Origin: an uncultured Gammaproteobacteria bacterium
GTDB lineage: Bacteria; Pseudomonadota; Gammaproteobacteria; CAYGNG01
Reading direction: 5' to 3'
DNA length: 64,000 nt
Assembly (NCBI GenBank): GCA_964351225.1
Contig: CAYGNG010000007.1
Location: 2,590 to 66,589, forward strand
Shown here: positions 20,465 to 29,791 of the stretch, piece after piece
Layout of the letters: each line of letters opens with the position of its first letter
Numbering within the stretch: position 1 is the first letter of the stretch
Position numbers and translations under genes: made by a program
The notes under the pieces: model-generated
The model's input: only the letters and a program-made list of their open reading frames with translations
Databases searched by the model: none
What the model was told of the DNA's origin: nothing

Positions 20465-20707
20465 TTCTATCTCCATATAGATAGCTATAGCTAACCGAGC
20501 AAACTCCATGCCAATTGAGATTCATCGATTAAATCAACGAGATAGAAACTTTTAACGGTATAAATAAAATCAAAGTCGATAATTTGACAAATAAGATAAT
20601 TGAACGGATTGCTTTTCGTCGATTTATTGACATCGGGCTGTTCGATGGCTAAATCGATAACGAGTCACCCAACGCGTGCAGAAACATCAAAAATATAACC
20701 CTGGTGC

Positions 20708-21322
20708 TTACCGAGTATAAATCGGCTCTCTTGGGAAAAGTACACTTAATTTTTTAGCCTCTTCAGCGCTGAAATGCAGTTTATGTACTGCATGATGCCC
20801 AGCTAAAATATTTTTATTGAATTTAATCTTGTTTTCAATTGCTTGCAGCTCTGTCGATAAATGCGCAACGCGGCTGTTCATATTTCTCCCTATCGCCGTG
20901 CGATAAGCGTGATCTTGTGCATTTACGCTATGCGTGTTGTTTAGATGGTTAGCGATTTTTGCTTGAAAAGATTGGGCTAATTTTAACTGCTTGGCAAGCT
21001 TACGTTGTTTAGACAATAACGCGGTTAACGCTTGCTGATAGTATTCCTGCTCTTTGCTGTCGCGATTATCCCCTGCCGGCTCTCTTTGGGGTACTATGGG
21101 TTTCCTATGGGCAGCGGAATTTTCTGCATACTCGCCTTGATATTGGTGTACTTTCGTCTCGGGAAAATCTTGGATTTTTATTTTTACCTCTTGCTTTGCA
21201 CCAGAGATATGCCTATCAGAAAATACGACACCGCCATCTTGTTGTTTGGCTTTAAAAACCGTGATAGCAAAAGAAGGAGAAAAAAAACTCCATAACAGAA
21301 ACACGATAGCGATTTTTCTCAT
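20708..21322 (-). CDS. Secreted DUF4124-like protein
   Basis: A signal peptide is followed by VFKAKQQDGGVVFSD. The rest is low-complexity and coiled-coil-like. The start is trimmed to the ATG at 21322. Confidence 0.45.
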   Translation of the reverse strand: MRKIAIVFLLWSFFSPSFAITVFKAKQQDGGVVFSDRHISGAKQEVKIKIQDFPETKVHQYQGEYAENSAAHRKPIVPQREPAGDNRDSKEQEYYQQALTALLSKQRKLAKQLKLAQSFQAKIANHLNNTHSVNAQDHAYRTAIGRNMNSRVAHLSTELQAIENKIKFNKNILAGHHAVHKLHFSAEEAKKLSVLFPREPIYTR

Positions 21323-21462
21323 AGCCCGGCCTGCCGCAGTTGTAATATCTATACAGAGTATATACCCATCGCACACCCATGTAACCTTACAATGGTTCCG
21401 GGTTTGACGGTGTGCTCACGTTGACATTGGCGTCTAGAAAGAAAGTATCAACCGGCCCGGCA

Positions 21463-22023
21463 TTAAGTTAACCGCTTCATGTCTTGGATAATGGACTCGA
21501 GCGCACCACCGGAAACCAAGCCCTGATAAATATGAACCTGATTTTTCCTATCTTTATAGATGATAGCCGGTGTGGCAAGCCCATACCGCTCGATAAAGCG
21601 ATTGTTTTTTATCACGCGTGTAACCGCCTCTTTCGGTGATTTACCCGCTGCTTGGTTTCCACCTAATCCCGCGGTTAAATCATATTCTGACTCATAGTTT
21701 TGCAATGCCTCAAATTTATTGCGGCTATTTAAAATACCCGCAGACAGCGGCATGCTCTCGGATTGATTAAATGAAACCATTATCCAACGAGCAGCAAATT
21801 GTTTTGAATCCAGATACGGTTTCAATTCGTTAAATAATAAATGGCAATAATGGCAAGTTGGTTCAACGATAATATAGGCTTCATGTGGCGCAAGTTTGTC
21901 ACCACCATGAAACCAATTTGTTGTGGCGGCGGCATTGAAGGCACCCACCTCGCTATCCGCGTAGCTGCACTGAATTAATCCACTTAATGCCAGGATTGCC
22001 ATTGCTATTCTTACTATTTTCAT
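21463..22023 (-). CDS. Periplasmic thioredoxin-fold thiol:disulfide oxidoreductase (DsbA-like, CHYC active site)
   Basis: A signal peptide and a CxxC motif (EPTCHYCH) are present. Confidence 0.6.
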   Translation of the reverse strand: MKIVRIAMAILALSGLIQCSYADSEVGAFNAAATTNWFHGGDKLAPHEAYIIVEPTCHYCHLLFNELKPYLDSKQFAARWIMVSFNQSESMPLSAGILNSRNKFEALQNYESEYDLTAGLGGNQAAGKSPKEAVTRVIKNNRFIERYGLATPAIIYKDRKNQVHIYQGLVSGGALESIIQDMKRLT

Positions 22024-22053
22024 CGGATTCCCCTCTATTCGGACTTTCGCAAA

Positions 22054-22086
22054 ACACGCTATGCTTTGTTAAAAACAAAGCATAGC
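22054..22086. promoter_or_regulatory. Near-perfect palindrome in a divergent promoter region
   Basis: The sequence is cgctatgctttgtt-aaa-aacaaagcatagcg. It lies between the DsbA-like gene and the SseB-like gene, about 45 bp upstream of a TATAAT element. Confidence 0.35.
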
Positions 22087-22174
22087 GCCGTTTATCGTAA
22101 GTCCTATCTATACTAAACCCATCGGGCTGTTATAATATTTTCCAACTTTACACAACTATGGTTAGAAATAAAAG

Positions 22175-22606
22175 ATGTCTGAATTAAATCGACTCTGTTC
22201 AAAATTAAAGACAGGTGATCCCGACCAAAAGGCAATCAACGCCTTTTATCTCGCCCTCCTTAAAACTGATCTCTATATTCCCTGCTTTGCAATAAATGAG
22301 AAACCATCCGATGACAATAGCGAACCATGGCACCCATTATTTATCAAACAGGAAGATAGCTATTTTATAACGGCTTTCGATAATCTCGATCGGCTGCATT
22401 CATGGGCAAACATTGAACTTGATGGTATCGAAATTGTCAAAATGGTTGGCAAAACGCTATTTCCACGATTAACGGAGCACGTTCAGTTGAGCCTGTTTAT
22501 GGGTAAAGATATTCACAAAGTTTTTGCACCAGATGAAATTCATCACGTGCAAAAAATCATTCAAAAAATAAACTCTTTGACATTGGAAGTGCAAAAAAAC
22601 AACTGA
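22175..22606 (+). CDS. Hypothetical protein, SseB-like
   Basis: A 143-aa product with the pattern FYLALLKTDLYIPC...FITAFDNLDRLHSW. The start is preceded by a TATAAT -10 element at 22133-22138. Confidence 0.35.
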   Translation: MSELNRLCSKLKTGDPDQKAINAFYLALLKTDLYIPCFAINEKPSDDNSEPWHPLFIKQEDSYFITAFDNLDRLHSWANIELDGIEIVKMVGKTLFPRLTEHVQLSLFMGKDIHKVFAPDEIHHVQKIIQKINSLTLEVQKNN

Positions 22607-22621
22607 AGCCTTCGGCGCCAC

Positions 22622-22644
22622 AAGCAAGGCTTTGCCTTGCTTGT
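22622..22644. terminator. Hairpin in a convergent spacer (caagcaaggc-ttt-gccttgcttg)
   Basis: A 10-bp perfect stem lies between the ends of the SseB-like and BI-1 genes. No strong T-tract follows on either strand. Confidence 0.35.
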
Positions 22645-22669
22645 CGGATAGCCGCATTAAAAAAATACA

Positions 22670-23347
22670 TCAATCGCGTCCGTTGCCACTCATGGCGCCA
22701 AGCAATTGCAATAAACTCACAAACAAATTATAAATGGATACATACAATGAAATTGTCGCCATAATAAAATTTCTTTCTCCGCCGTGAATAATTTCGCTGG
22801 TTTTCATTAAAATTAACCCTGAAGAAAGCAACACAAAACCCGCTGACATCACAAGCTGCAAAACAGATGACTGTAAAAACAAACTTCCTAACATCATAAC
22901 AAGCAGAGCCATCATTCCAGCTAAAAGAAAACCGGCCAAATAACTAAAATCTTTTTGACTCACCAACGCGTAGGCGGATAAGGCAAGAAACACCATACCC
23001 GTGGCACCCACCGCGGTCATAATAAGTTGGCCACCATTAGAAAAACCGTGAATGTATAAATTAAGCAATGGCCCTAAGGTATAGCCCATAAAGCCGGTAA
23101 AAGCAAAACACGAAACCACGCCCCAGACGCTATTGCGAAGATATTGTGTCAAGAACAACAAACCATAAGAACCCATTAGCGAAAGCAATAATCCAGGACC
23201 TTGCATCGTCCCACTGAGCGTGGAAACCCAAGCGCAAACAGCGCTAAAGAACAACGTGAGGCTCAATAAAAGATAAGTTCTTCTTAATACTGTATTCGTA
23301 GCTAATAAAGTATTGTTACGACTACTAACCATCGACTCATTACGCAT
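22670..23347 (-). CDS. Bax inhibitor-1/YccA family membrane protein
   Basis: A seven-TM BI-1 topology is present, with a characteristic charged C-terminus. Confidence 0.8.
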   Translation of the reverse strand: MRNESMVSSRNNTLLATNTVLRRTYLLLSLTLFFSAVCAWVSTLSGTMQGPGLLLSLMGSYGLLFLTQYLRNSVWGVVSCFAFTGFMGYTLGPLLNLYIHGFSNGGQLIMTAVGATGMVFLALSAYALVSQKDFSYLAGFLLAGMMALLVMMLGSLFLQSSVLQLVMSAGFVLLSSGLILMKTSEIIHGGERNFIMATISLYVSIYNLFVSLLQLLGAMSGNGRD

Positions 23348-23513
23348 AGTGACTCCTAACCATTCAAAACGCGTAACTATTGTATATTGCCAATAACCAA
23401 TTTAAAAGCATTATGCGAATAATTTAGTCATTTAAATAAAATTATCCTTCCCGCTTATCAAAGCGGCTTTTCGATTGTAAAATCCTTGCCGCTTAAGGAA
23501 ATGGGCAACGAAC

Positions 23514-24173
23514 ATGAATACTATGTTATGGGCAAAACTGTTAAAATCAAGTGCGCTGCTTATTGTAATTAGCGCACTACTGGTAGTATTTTCCTATTAT
23601 TACATCGATAAGGCCGTGGTGCTTTGGGTGTCTGAACACCACCTTCGGGATAATAGACTCATTGAGTTTTTCACCCGGATCCCTAATTTGTTTTTTTTAA
23701 ACGGCTTCATGGTCGTGATAGTCCTCTATTGCCTTGCCGGCGTTTACGGTAAGCAATCCCCGATACTGGAAATTGCTTTTCGAATCGGAATGATCCTCTG
23801 TGCGAGTATCACGCTAAAAGATCAATTGAAATCTGTTTTTGGGCGTCCTTGGGCTGACACCTGGATCTGCCAAAATCCTTCTTTTCTTAAAAACCATCTC
23901 TATGGCTTTTTTCCATTTCATTCGGATGTGGCCTATTCTTCATTTCCATCGGGGCATACCTGTGCGACCGTACTGGTGTCGACTTTAATCGCATTGCTTT
24001 GGCCAAAATTTAAGTGGCCAGCGGTGTTTTTATCGGCACTTGTTGGGATCAGTTTAGTGCTCATGTGGTATCACTATGTGAGCGATGTGATCGCCGGCGC
24101 TTGTCTTGGCTATCTGTTTGCGCAATTTGGTTTCTACCTAACGAGACTGGACACACTCGCTGTAAAACGGTAA
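23514..24173 (+). CDS. PAP2-family phosphatase
   Basis: PAP2 motifs are present: KD...PSGH...SDVIAG. Confidence 0.75.
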   Translation: MNTMLWAKLLKSSALLIVISALLVVFSYYYIDKAVVLWVSEHHLRDNRLIEFFTRIPNLFFLNGFMVVIVLYCLAGVYGKQSPILEIAFRIGMILCASITLKDQLKSVFGRPWADTWICQNPSFLKNHLYGFFPFHSDVAYSSFPSGHTCATVLVSTLIALLWPKFKWPAVFLSALVGISLVLMWYHYVSDVIAGACLGYLFAQFGFYLTRLDTLAVKR

Positions 24174-24216
24174 CGTGCCTATACTTTTTACCGTAAGCAC
24201 TAAAATACGAGTTACT

Positions 24217-25317
24217 ATGAGCGAATACTATATTGGCTGCTTAACCGGAACCAGCATCGACGCAGTGGATTGTGCCCTGGTTGCGTTTAGTAACATCAAC
24301 CAATTCCGCTTGCAAAACACGTACTCTCAAAAAATTCCCGATAACTTGCAAGATAGGTTACATACTGCCGCACTGGCTGATACCATTTCATTTAGTGACC
24401 TAGGCGAATTAAACGCTTTGCTCGGTGAGTTAATTGCGCAAGGGTGCCTGACATTATTAGAGCAATCACAAATAAAAGCCTCGCAAATTACCGCTATTGG
24501 CAGTCATGGCCAAACCATTCACCATGCCCCCAATCACGTTAAACCCTTTACCATTCAAATTGGCGATCCCAATATCATTGCGGCTCGTACTGATATTCTC
24601 ACCATTGCGGATTTTCGCGGGATGGATATGGCGCTCGGTGGCCAAGGCGCACCGTTAACACCGATTTTTCATCATTATTTATTTGGCGACCCCGCAAAAC
24701 AACGCATTATTGTTAATATTGGTGGCATCGCGAACATTACCTTATTAACTGGGAAAGATTATTTGGGTTTTGATTCGGGTCCGGGCAATACCCTTTTAGA
24801 TTCTTGGATCAGCCTCAACAAAGACTGCCCTTACGATCTCAGCGGAGAGTGGGCACGATCCGGTCAAGTCATTGCACCTTTATTAACTGCTATGTTGCAA
24901 TGTGATTATTTCAAGGCACCGCCCCCCAAAAGCACTGGGCGAGAATTATTTAATCCGACTTGGTTGGAAAAACACATAAAAAACCACGGTTACCCGCCAG
25001 AAGATGTGCAAGCAACCTTAACTGAGCTAACGGCTCAAACCATTACGGATGCAATTTACAACATAGCACCAACGAGCAATGAAATCATTCTTTGTGGTGG
25101 TGGTGCATTTAATACCTATTTGCTATCAAGAATTCAACACTTAAATCCAAAAGCGAGCGTTGTGACAACGGAACAATTCGATATACCGCCGAATTGGGTC
25201 GAAGCAATGGCTTTTGCGTGGTTTGCTTATTGCCGGATGCACAACACAAGACTCGACACATCCAGTAGCACCGGTGCTTATGATACGTATCTGCTAGGCA
25301 ATTTATTTAAAAAATAA
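24217..25317 (+). CDS. anmK: Anhydro-N-acetylmuramic acid kinase
   Basis: MSEYYIGCLTGTSIDAVD is at the N-terminus. The start is trimmed to the ATG at 24217. Confidence 0.85.
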   Translation: MSEYYIGCLTGTSIDAVDCALVAFSNINQFRLQNTYSQKIPDNLQDRLHTAALADTISFSDLGELNALLGELIAQGCLTLLEQSQIKASQITAIGSHGQTIHHAPNHVKPFTIQIGDPNIIAARTDILTIADFRGMDMALGGQGAPLTPIFHHYLFGDPAKQRIIVNIGGIANITLLTGKDYLGFDSGPGNTLLDSWISLNKDCPYDLSGEWARSGQVIAPLLTAMLQCDYFKAPPPKSTGRELFNPTWLEKHIKNHGYPPEDVQATLTELTAQTITDAIYNIAPTSNEIILCGGGAFNTYLLSRIQHLNPKASVVTTEQFDIPPNWVEAMAFAWFAYCRMHNTRLDTSSSTGAYDTYLLGNLFKK

Positions 25318-25374
25318 AAAACTGCTCGATGTTTATCGCCAACTGGTTGCGCTTTTTAGCCGAAACACAAACAG

Positions 25375-25596
25375 CTATTCTGTTTCTTCCAAAACAGACA
25401 CATCTTGAGCTTGCATGCCCTTTTGGCCATGTAATAAATCAAACTCTACTTTCTGACCGTCATATAATGAGCGATGCCCTTCACCACGAATGGCGGTATA
25501 GTGAACAAAAATATCTTCACCTTCACCACGAGTGATAAAGCCATAACCTTTCGCCCCATCAAACCACTTTACATTCCCAGTTACACGATCTGTCAT
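25375..25596 (-). CDS. Cold-shock protein, CspA family
   Basis: MTDRVTGNVKWFDGAKGYGFI is present, with both RNP motifs. Confidence 0.85.
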   Translation of the reverse strand: MTDRVTGNVKWFDGAKGYGFITRGEGEDIFVHYTAIRGEGHRSLYDGQKVEFDLLHGQKGMQAQDVSVLEETE

Positions 25597-25706
25597 TTTA
25601 AAAACCTTCATCCAATGGTTAACGCCTTTCCTAATCCATATAATTGGTACTACGTATTACAGATATTAATCTAACATTAACAGAATTTCAAAGCCATAAA
25701 AATTAT

Positions 25707-25738
25707 GTCACTATTCAGCAAAAAAACGGAATAGTTAC
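25707..25738. repeat. Hairpin module (gtcactattc / gaatagttac, A-rich loop), paralogous to 55092-55123
   Basis: A 16-nt identical core (actattcagcaaaaaa) and similar flanks are shared with the gcvR terminator hairpin. Confidence 0.35.
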
Positions 25739-25885
25739 TCTGGTTTTGACGCCGGGCAAGGCAAAGCCTTCGCGCTTAAGGAATGGGGTGGTTTTGTTCT
25801 ACTTTTACTTTCGATGTCTCTGCACGTTTTGGGTGAATAGTTACAAAATTATTATATAATAAGCACTTTAGATATCAGAGAATGA

Positions 25886-26857
25886 ATGAATAAAAAATTG
25901 CTCTGCCTCACCTCCGGTGGTGATGCGCCCGGTATGAATGCAGCGATCCGAGCCGTGGTGCGATCCGGTCATTCTTATGGTTTACAGGTCTTTGCTTCAC
26001 TCTATGGTTATAGAGGACTACTCGAACAAACCCTCATTCCGCTCGGTCCAGAAAGTGTTGCGAATATCATTCAATGTGGTGGCACCATACTCAAAAGCGA
26101 TCGGTGCGATGAATTTCGACAAAAATCGGTCCGAGACGCCTGCCGAGAATTTCTTGCTAAAGAACAAATCGATTTTCTTGTTGTCATTGGTGGTGATGGC
26201 AGTTTTCGAGGCGCTTATCTACTGGAAACAGAAGGTGGCCCTAAAACCATGGGGATTCCCGCCACTATCGATAACGATATCATTGGTACGGAATACACCA
26301 TTGGCTATGACACAGCAAGAAATACGGCACTTGATGCCATAGATAATATCCGTGATACCGCTGGTAGCCATGAAAGAAATTTCCTAATCGAAGTCATGGG
26401 CCGCCAGACCGGATTTTTAGCAACGGATGTAGGCATTGCTGGCGGCGCTGAATTAATTTTAATTCCTGAATTCCCGATTGATATCAACGAAATCACACGA
26501 CTACTGGCCAAATCCAAAAGGCAAAAATTATCTACCATCATCGTTGTCGCCGAAGCAAGCTCCCCAGGCAGAAGCATCGCTATCGCCGAAGAACTCAAGC
26601 AATTAACCAAGCAAGAATTTAGAGTGTGTATCTTAGGCCACACCCAAAGAGGTGGTAGACCATCCGCATTTGACCGACTCATGGCCTCACAAATGGGTGT
26701 CTTGGCAGTACAAGGGCTGCTAAATAATCAAAGCTTATGCATGGTCGCTCAAGTGCAAAATGCCTTGCAATATGTCCCTTTATCTAATATAGGAATAAAA
26801 AATCGACAACTGAGCGATAAGGGTTTGCTGGACATTTGTCGATTACTCGCTCGCTGA
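25886..26857 (+). CDS. pfkA: ATP-dependent 6-phosphofructokinase
   Basis: Conserved PFK motifs are present: LTSGGDAPGMNAAIRAVV, GGDGS and MGR. Confidence 0.9.
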   Translation: MNKKLLCLTSGGDAPGMNAAIRAVVRSGHSYGLQVFASLYGYRGLLEQTLIPLGPESVANIIQCGGTILKSDRCDEFRQKSVRDACREFLAKEQIDFLVVIGGDGSFRGAYLLETEGGPKTMGIPATIDNDIIGTEYTIGYDTARNTALDAIDNIRDTAGSHERNFLIEVMGRQTGFLATDVGIAGGAELILIPEFPIDINEITRLLAKSKRQKLSTIIVVAEASSPGRSIAIAEELKQLTKQEFRVCILGHTQRGGRPSAFDRLMASQMGVLAVQGLLNNQSLCMVAQVQNALQYVPLSNIGIKNRQLSDKGLLDICRLLAR

Positions 26858-26898
26858 TGTTTCTGCACGTTTTGAGTAAATCGTTACAAGCGATATCA

Positions 26899-27684
26899 CT
26901 ACGGCCTTTGCCCCGGGTTTGCTCTGGGAAATGCGGTGTAAAAATTATTTGTGGTAATTTTTGCAACTTCTTCATAAGAAACTTGTCGTAACTGTGCAAT
27001 TTTTTCCGCAACAAAACGTACCCAACTCGGTTGATTTGGTTTCCCGCGATAAGGCATCGGCGCCAAATAAGGGGCGTCCGTTTCGATTAACATTCGCGTA
27101 AGGGGAATTTCAATGGCGATTTGCTGCAAATGGCGCGCATTTTGAAAGGTTACAATCCCAGAAAATGAAATATAAAATCCCAGATCGATTCCCGCTTTAG
27201 CAAACGCCAATGATCCGGTAAAACAGTGCAAGACACCACCAACCGCATCGGCCTTCTCTTCTCGCAAAATCCGCAAGGTATCGGCCTCAGCATCTCGAGT
27301 ATGAATTATCAAGGGTAAATTAAGATCTCTCGCTAAACGAATTTGTCTACGAAATCGCTCTTGCTGCCAACTGCCTTGGGTTCGATAATAATCAAGGCCA
27401 GTCTCTCCTATCGCAACCACACTGGGGTGAGTGGCATATTTAAGATAGTCGTTATCACTCGGCTCTTGCTCCACTTCTTCATTCGGATGCAGACCAACAC
27501 TGGCGCTGATCCAATCATATTTCTCAGCAATCGCTATCACATCTGGGGTGTTTTTCAACGTAATCGCCACGCAAAGAATGTGTTCTACCTTATCGCTTTT
27601 TGTTTGCTGAAGAAGAAGATCAAGATTATTTGAATATTCAGCTAGATTCAGTTGATCTAAATGACAATGAGAATCCACCAACAT
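26899..27684 (-). CDS. tatD: TatD-family deoxyribonuclease
   Basis: MLVDSHCHLD is at the N-terminus, with the HxH metal-binding pattern. The gene lies next to pilZ, holB and tmk. Confidence 0.85.
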   Translation of the reverse strand: MLVDSHCHLDQLNLAEYSNNLDLLLQQTKSDKVEHILCVAITLKNTPDVIAIAEKYDWISASVGLHPNEEVEQEPSDNDYLKYATHPSVVAIGETGLDYYRTQGSWQQERFRRQIRLARDLNLPLIIHTRDAEADTLRILREEKADAVGGVLHCFTGSLAFAKAGIDLGFYISFSGIVTFQNARHLQQIAIEIPLTRMLIETDAPYLAPMPYRGKPNQPSWVRFVAEKIAQLRQVSYEEVAKITTNNFYTAFPRANPGQRP

Positions 27685-27699
27685 CTGAAAACATCCTCA

Positions 27700-28182
27700 C
27701 TACATGGTATCGGTTCGACGATCGGATTGCGCTGAACCGGCCAAAAATGTTTCAATTTTTTTACGGATCTCTTCCGGCGTTTCCTCGGCAAATTGTACCC
27801 CAACACCCGCACTCAATCCGCCTTGTGCGCCTTTAGGCGTGATCCAAATGACTTTGCCTTTTATTTGATATTTTTCGGTGCCGTCCATCATTTTCAAATG
27901 GATAAATACTTCATCCCCCATTTCATATTTATCATTGGTCCGCACAAACAGACCACCATGCTTCACGAATGGCATATAGGCGCTATAAAGAGCGGCTTTA
28001 TCTGGTAGGGTTAATTGGATAATATGGTGATGAACCGCTTGATTCACGGTCATTCCTGCTGGCGCAGATATCGGCTTAGGTGCCGCGCTTGCCGCAGGCG
28101 GTGCTACCGGTTTGGCCTCGAGCTTTAGCTCTGGCTTAATAACATTAATCGCTTTGCTGTCGGATGGATTATTTTCCGGCAT
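27700..28182 (-). CDS. pilZ: PilZ domain protein (type IV pilus assembly PilZ-like)
   Basis: The core matches Pseudomonas PilZ (LYSAYMPFVKHGGLF...VIWITPKGAQG). The N-terminal 43 aa are Ala/Pro-rich. The true start may be the ATG at 28053, giving 117 aa. Confidence 0.7.
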   Translation of the reverse strand: MPENNPSDSKAINVIKPELKLEAKPVAPPAASAAPKPISAPAGMTVNQAVHHHIIQLTLPDKAALYSAYMPFVKHGGLFVRTNDKYEMGDEVFIHLKMMDGTEKYQIKGKVIWITPKGAQGGLSAGVGVQFAEETPEEIRKKIETFLAGSAQSDRRTDTM

Positions 28183-28185
28183 CCT

Positions 28186-29148
28186 TTATTCCTTCGAGCA
28201 ACAATAAACCCAGTCGGCGAGTATATTCGTTAATTGTAATGGTTGATTAACATTAAGGTGAACCGTGCGCAAACGCTTCAACTCAATAAGCTTATCAACA
28301 AACTCAAATAGCTGTTTCACTGGAACACCTGCAACGATTCTCTTCATGCTCACATGAGTTCTACCATGTTCGTTCAGTAGTTTACTACGGATCAAATCAT
28401 TAAACCAAAACAACAATCTCTCCAAAATTACTAAATAATCAAATGCTTTCCATTTGGAAATAAATTGCTCTGGAATTATTGTGCCATGGCTCAGATTGAT
28501 CAGATCCGCCTCAAACTGCTTGATGAAAAAACCATCATCTTCAGCTATCGCCATAGCCTGCATGGGTAACCCTCCCGATTGCGCAATGATCGCATCGATT
28601 GGGGCACCAGGAGGTAATTTTGTTAATAGCCATGCCCTAAGCTCGGCTCGCGTAGGCAGAGGAAAGCGAACTGGAGTACAACGACTGCGAATCGTTGGCA
28701 ATAAAAAACTCGGCTTGTCGGTTGTTAAAATAAATACTGTCGCACCTGGCGGTTCTTCTAAAGACTTTAATAAGGCATTTCCCGCCATCCGATTCATCGT
28801 ATGTGCTTGCTTGAGGATAACAATTTTTTGCTGTGCTGCATTTGGGGATTGTGCCAAAGATTGAACAAGCGAACGGATTTGATCAATTTTTATGGATTTG
28901 TCATCGGCCGGTTCGATAATGTATAAATCCGGATGGGACTCGGCTAAAACCAACTTGCACGACTTACAGTCATCACAAGCCGCATCTTCTTTGCGATATA
29001 AACACAACAACCATTGTGCGAAATGACGTGCAACTGTCATTTTACCAAGGCCAGAAGGACCGGAAAACAATAAAGCATGGGGCAATCGCTCTTGCAAAAC
29101 CACGCGACCACACCACTGCCAAACCAGTTGACACCAAGGGTAAATCAT
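28186..29148 (-). CDS. holB: DNA polymerase III delta-prime subunit
   Basis: AAA+ motifs (GPSGLGK) and a zinc-module region are present. The gene is positioned after tmk. Confidence 0.85.
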   Translation of the reverse strand: MIYPWCQLVWQWCGRVVLQERLPHALLFSGPSGLGKMTVARHFAQWLLCLYRKEDAACDDCKSCKLVLAESHPDLYIIEPADDKSIKIDQIRSLVQSLAQSPNAAQQKIVILKQAHTMNRMAGNALLKSLEEPPGATVFILTTDKPSFLLPTIRSRCTPVRFPLPTRAELRAWLLTKLPPGAPIDAIIAQSGGLPMQAMAIAEDDGFFIKQFEADLINLSHGTIIPEQFISKWKAFDYLVILERLLFWFNDLIRSKLLNEHGRTHVSMKRIVAGVPVKQLFEFVDKLIELKRLRTVHLNVNQPLQLTNILADWVYCCSKE

Positions 29149-29774
29149 TTGTACTCCGCTATTAAAGTCGCCAGCTCTTCGTGCAGTCTGCTGCGTATTT
29201 CATTTAGAGAGCCACTCGCGTCAATAACCCGATAAATCGTTGGAAATTGCGCTGCTCGTTGTAAATAACATTCTTTTGTTCGCTTAAAAAACTCCACTTG
29301 CTCTGACTCAATGCGATCTCGACTTATCCTCACCTGTAACCGAGATAAGGTCGTCTCAAGAGGGGCATCAAATAAGAATATTCTATCTGGGCGCAACGAA
29401 CCTTGCACCCACTCTTCTAATGTTTGAATTCTATCTTGTGAGATACCTCGCCCAGCTCCCTGGTACGCATAAGTGGCATCCGTAAATCTATCGCTTATCA
29501 CCCACGTGTTATTAGATAATGCTGGTTTAATTTTGGTGGCAATATGTTGCGCTCTCCCTGCAAACAGCAATAACAGCTCCGTATCCGAAGCCATCCGCTC
29601 TTGGTAGTGGCAAAGTAAAACTTGACGTATCGATTCGGATATTTCAGTACCCCCTGGCTCTCGGGTGGTAATATGATTAATTTTATGTTTAGTTAAAAAT
29701 TCCACCATGAACGGTAAACACGTTGTTTTTCCAACCCCTTCAATTCCCTCCAGCGTAATAAATTTTGCCACCAA
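29145..29774 (-). CDS. tmk: Thymidylate kinase
   Basis: The P-loop reads ITLEGIEGVGKTT. The gene overlaps holB by 4 nt. Confidence 0.9.
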   Translation of the reverse strand: MVAKFITLEGIEGVGKTTCLPFMVEFLTKHKINHITTREPGGTEISESIRQVLLCHYQERMASDTELLLLFAGRAQHIATKIKPALSNNTWVISDRFTDATYAYQGAGRGISQDRIQTLEEWVQGSLRPDRIFLFDAPLETTLSRLQVRISRDRIESEQVEFFKRTKECYLQRAAQFPTIYRVIDASGSLNEIRSRLHEELATLIAEYK

Positions 29775-29791
29775 GAAAACTCCTCTATTTT

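Noticed and set aside
23489-25788. Shared motif gcttaaggaa(a)tggg upstream of the PAP2 gene and pfkA
   Set aside because: It is only about 16 nt with one indel. The expected chance occurrence in 64 kb of AT-rich DNA is near one.
26901-26922. ggcctttgccccgggtttgc resembling the inverse of gccgggcaaggcaaagcc at 25751
   Set aside because: It lies inside the tatD coding sequence and the match is weak. I treat it as coincidence.
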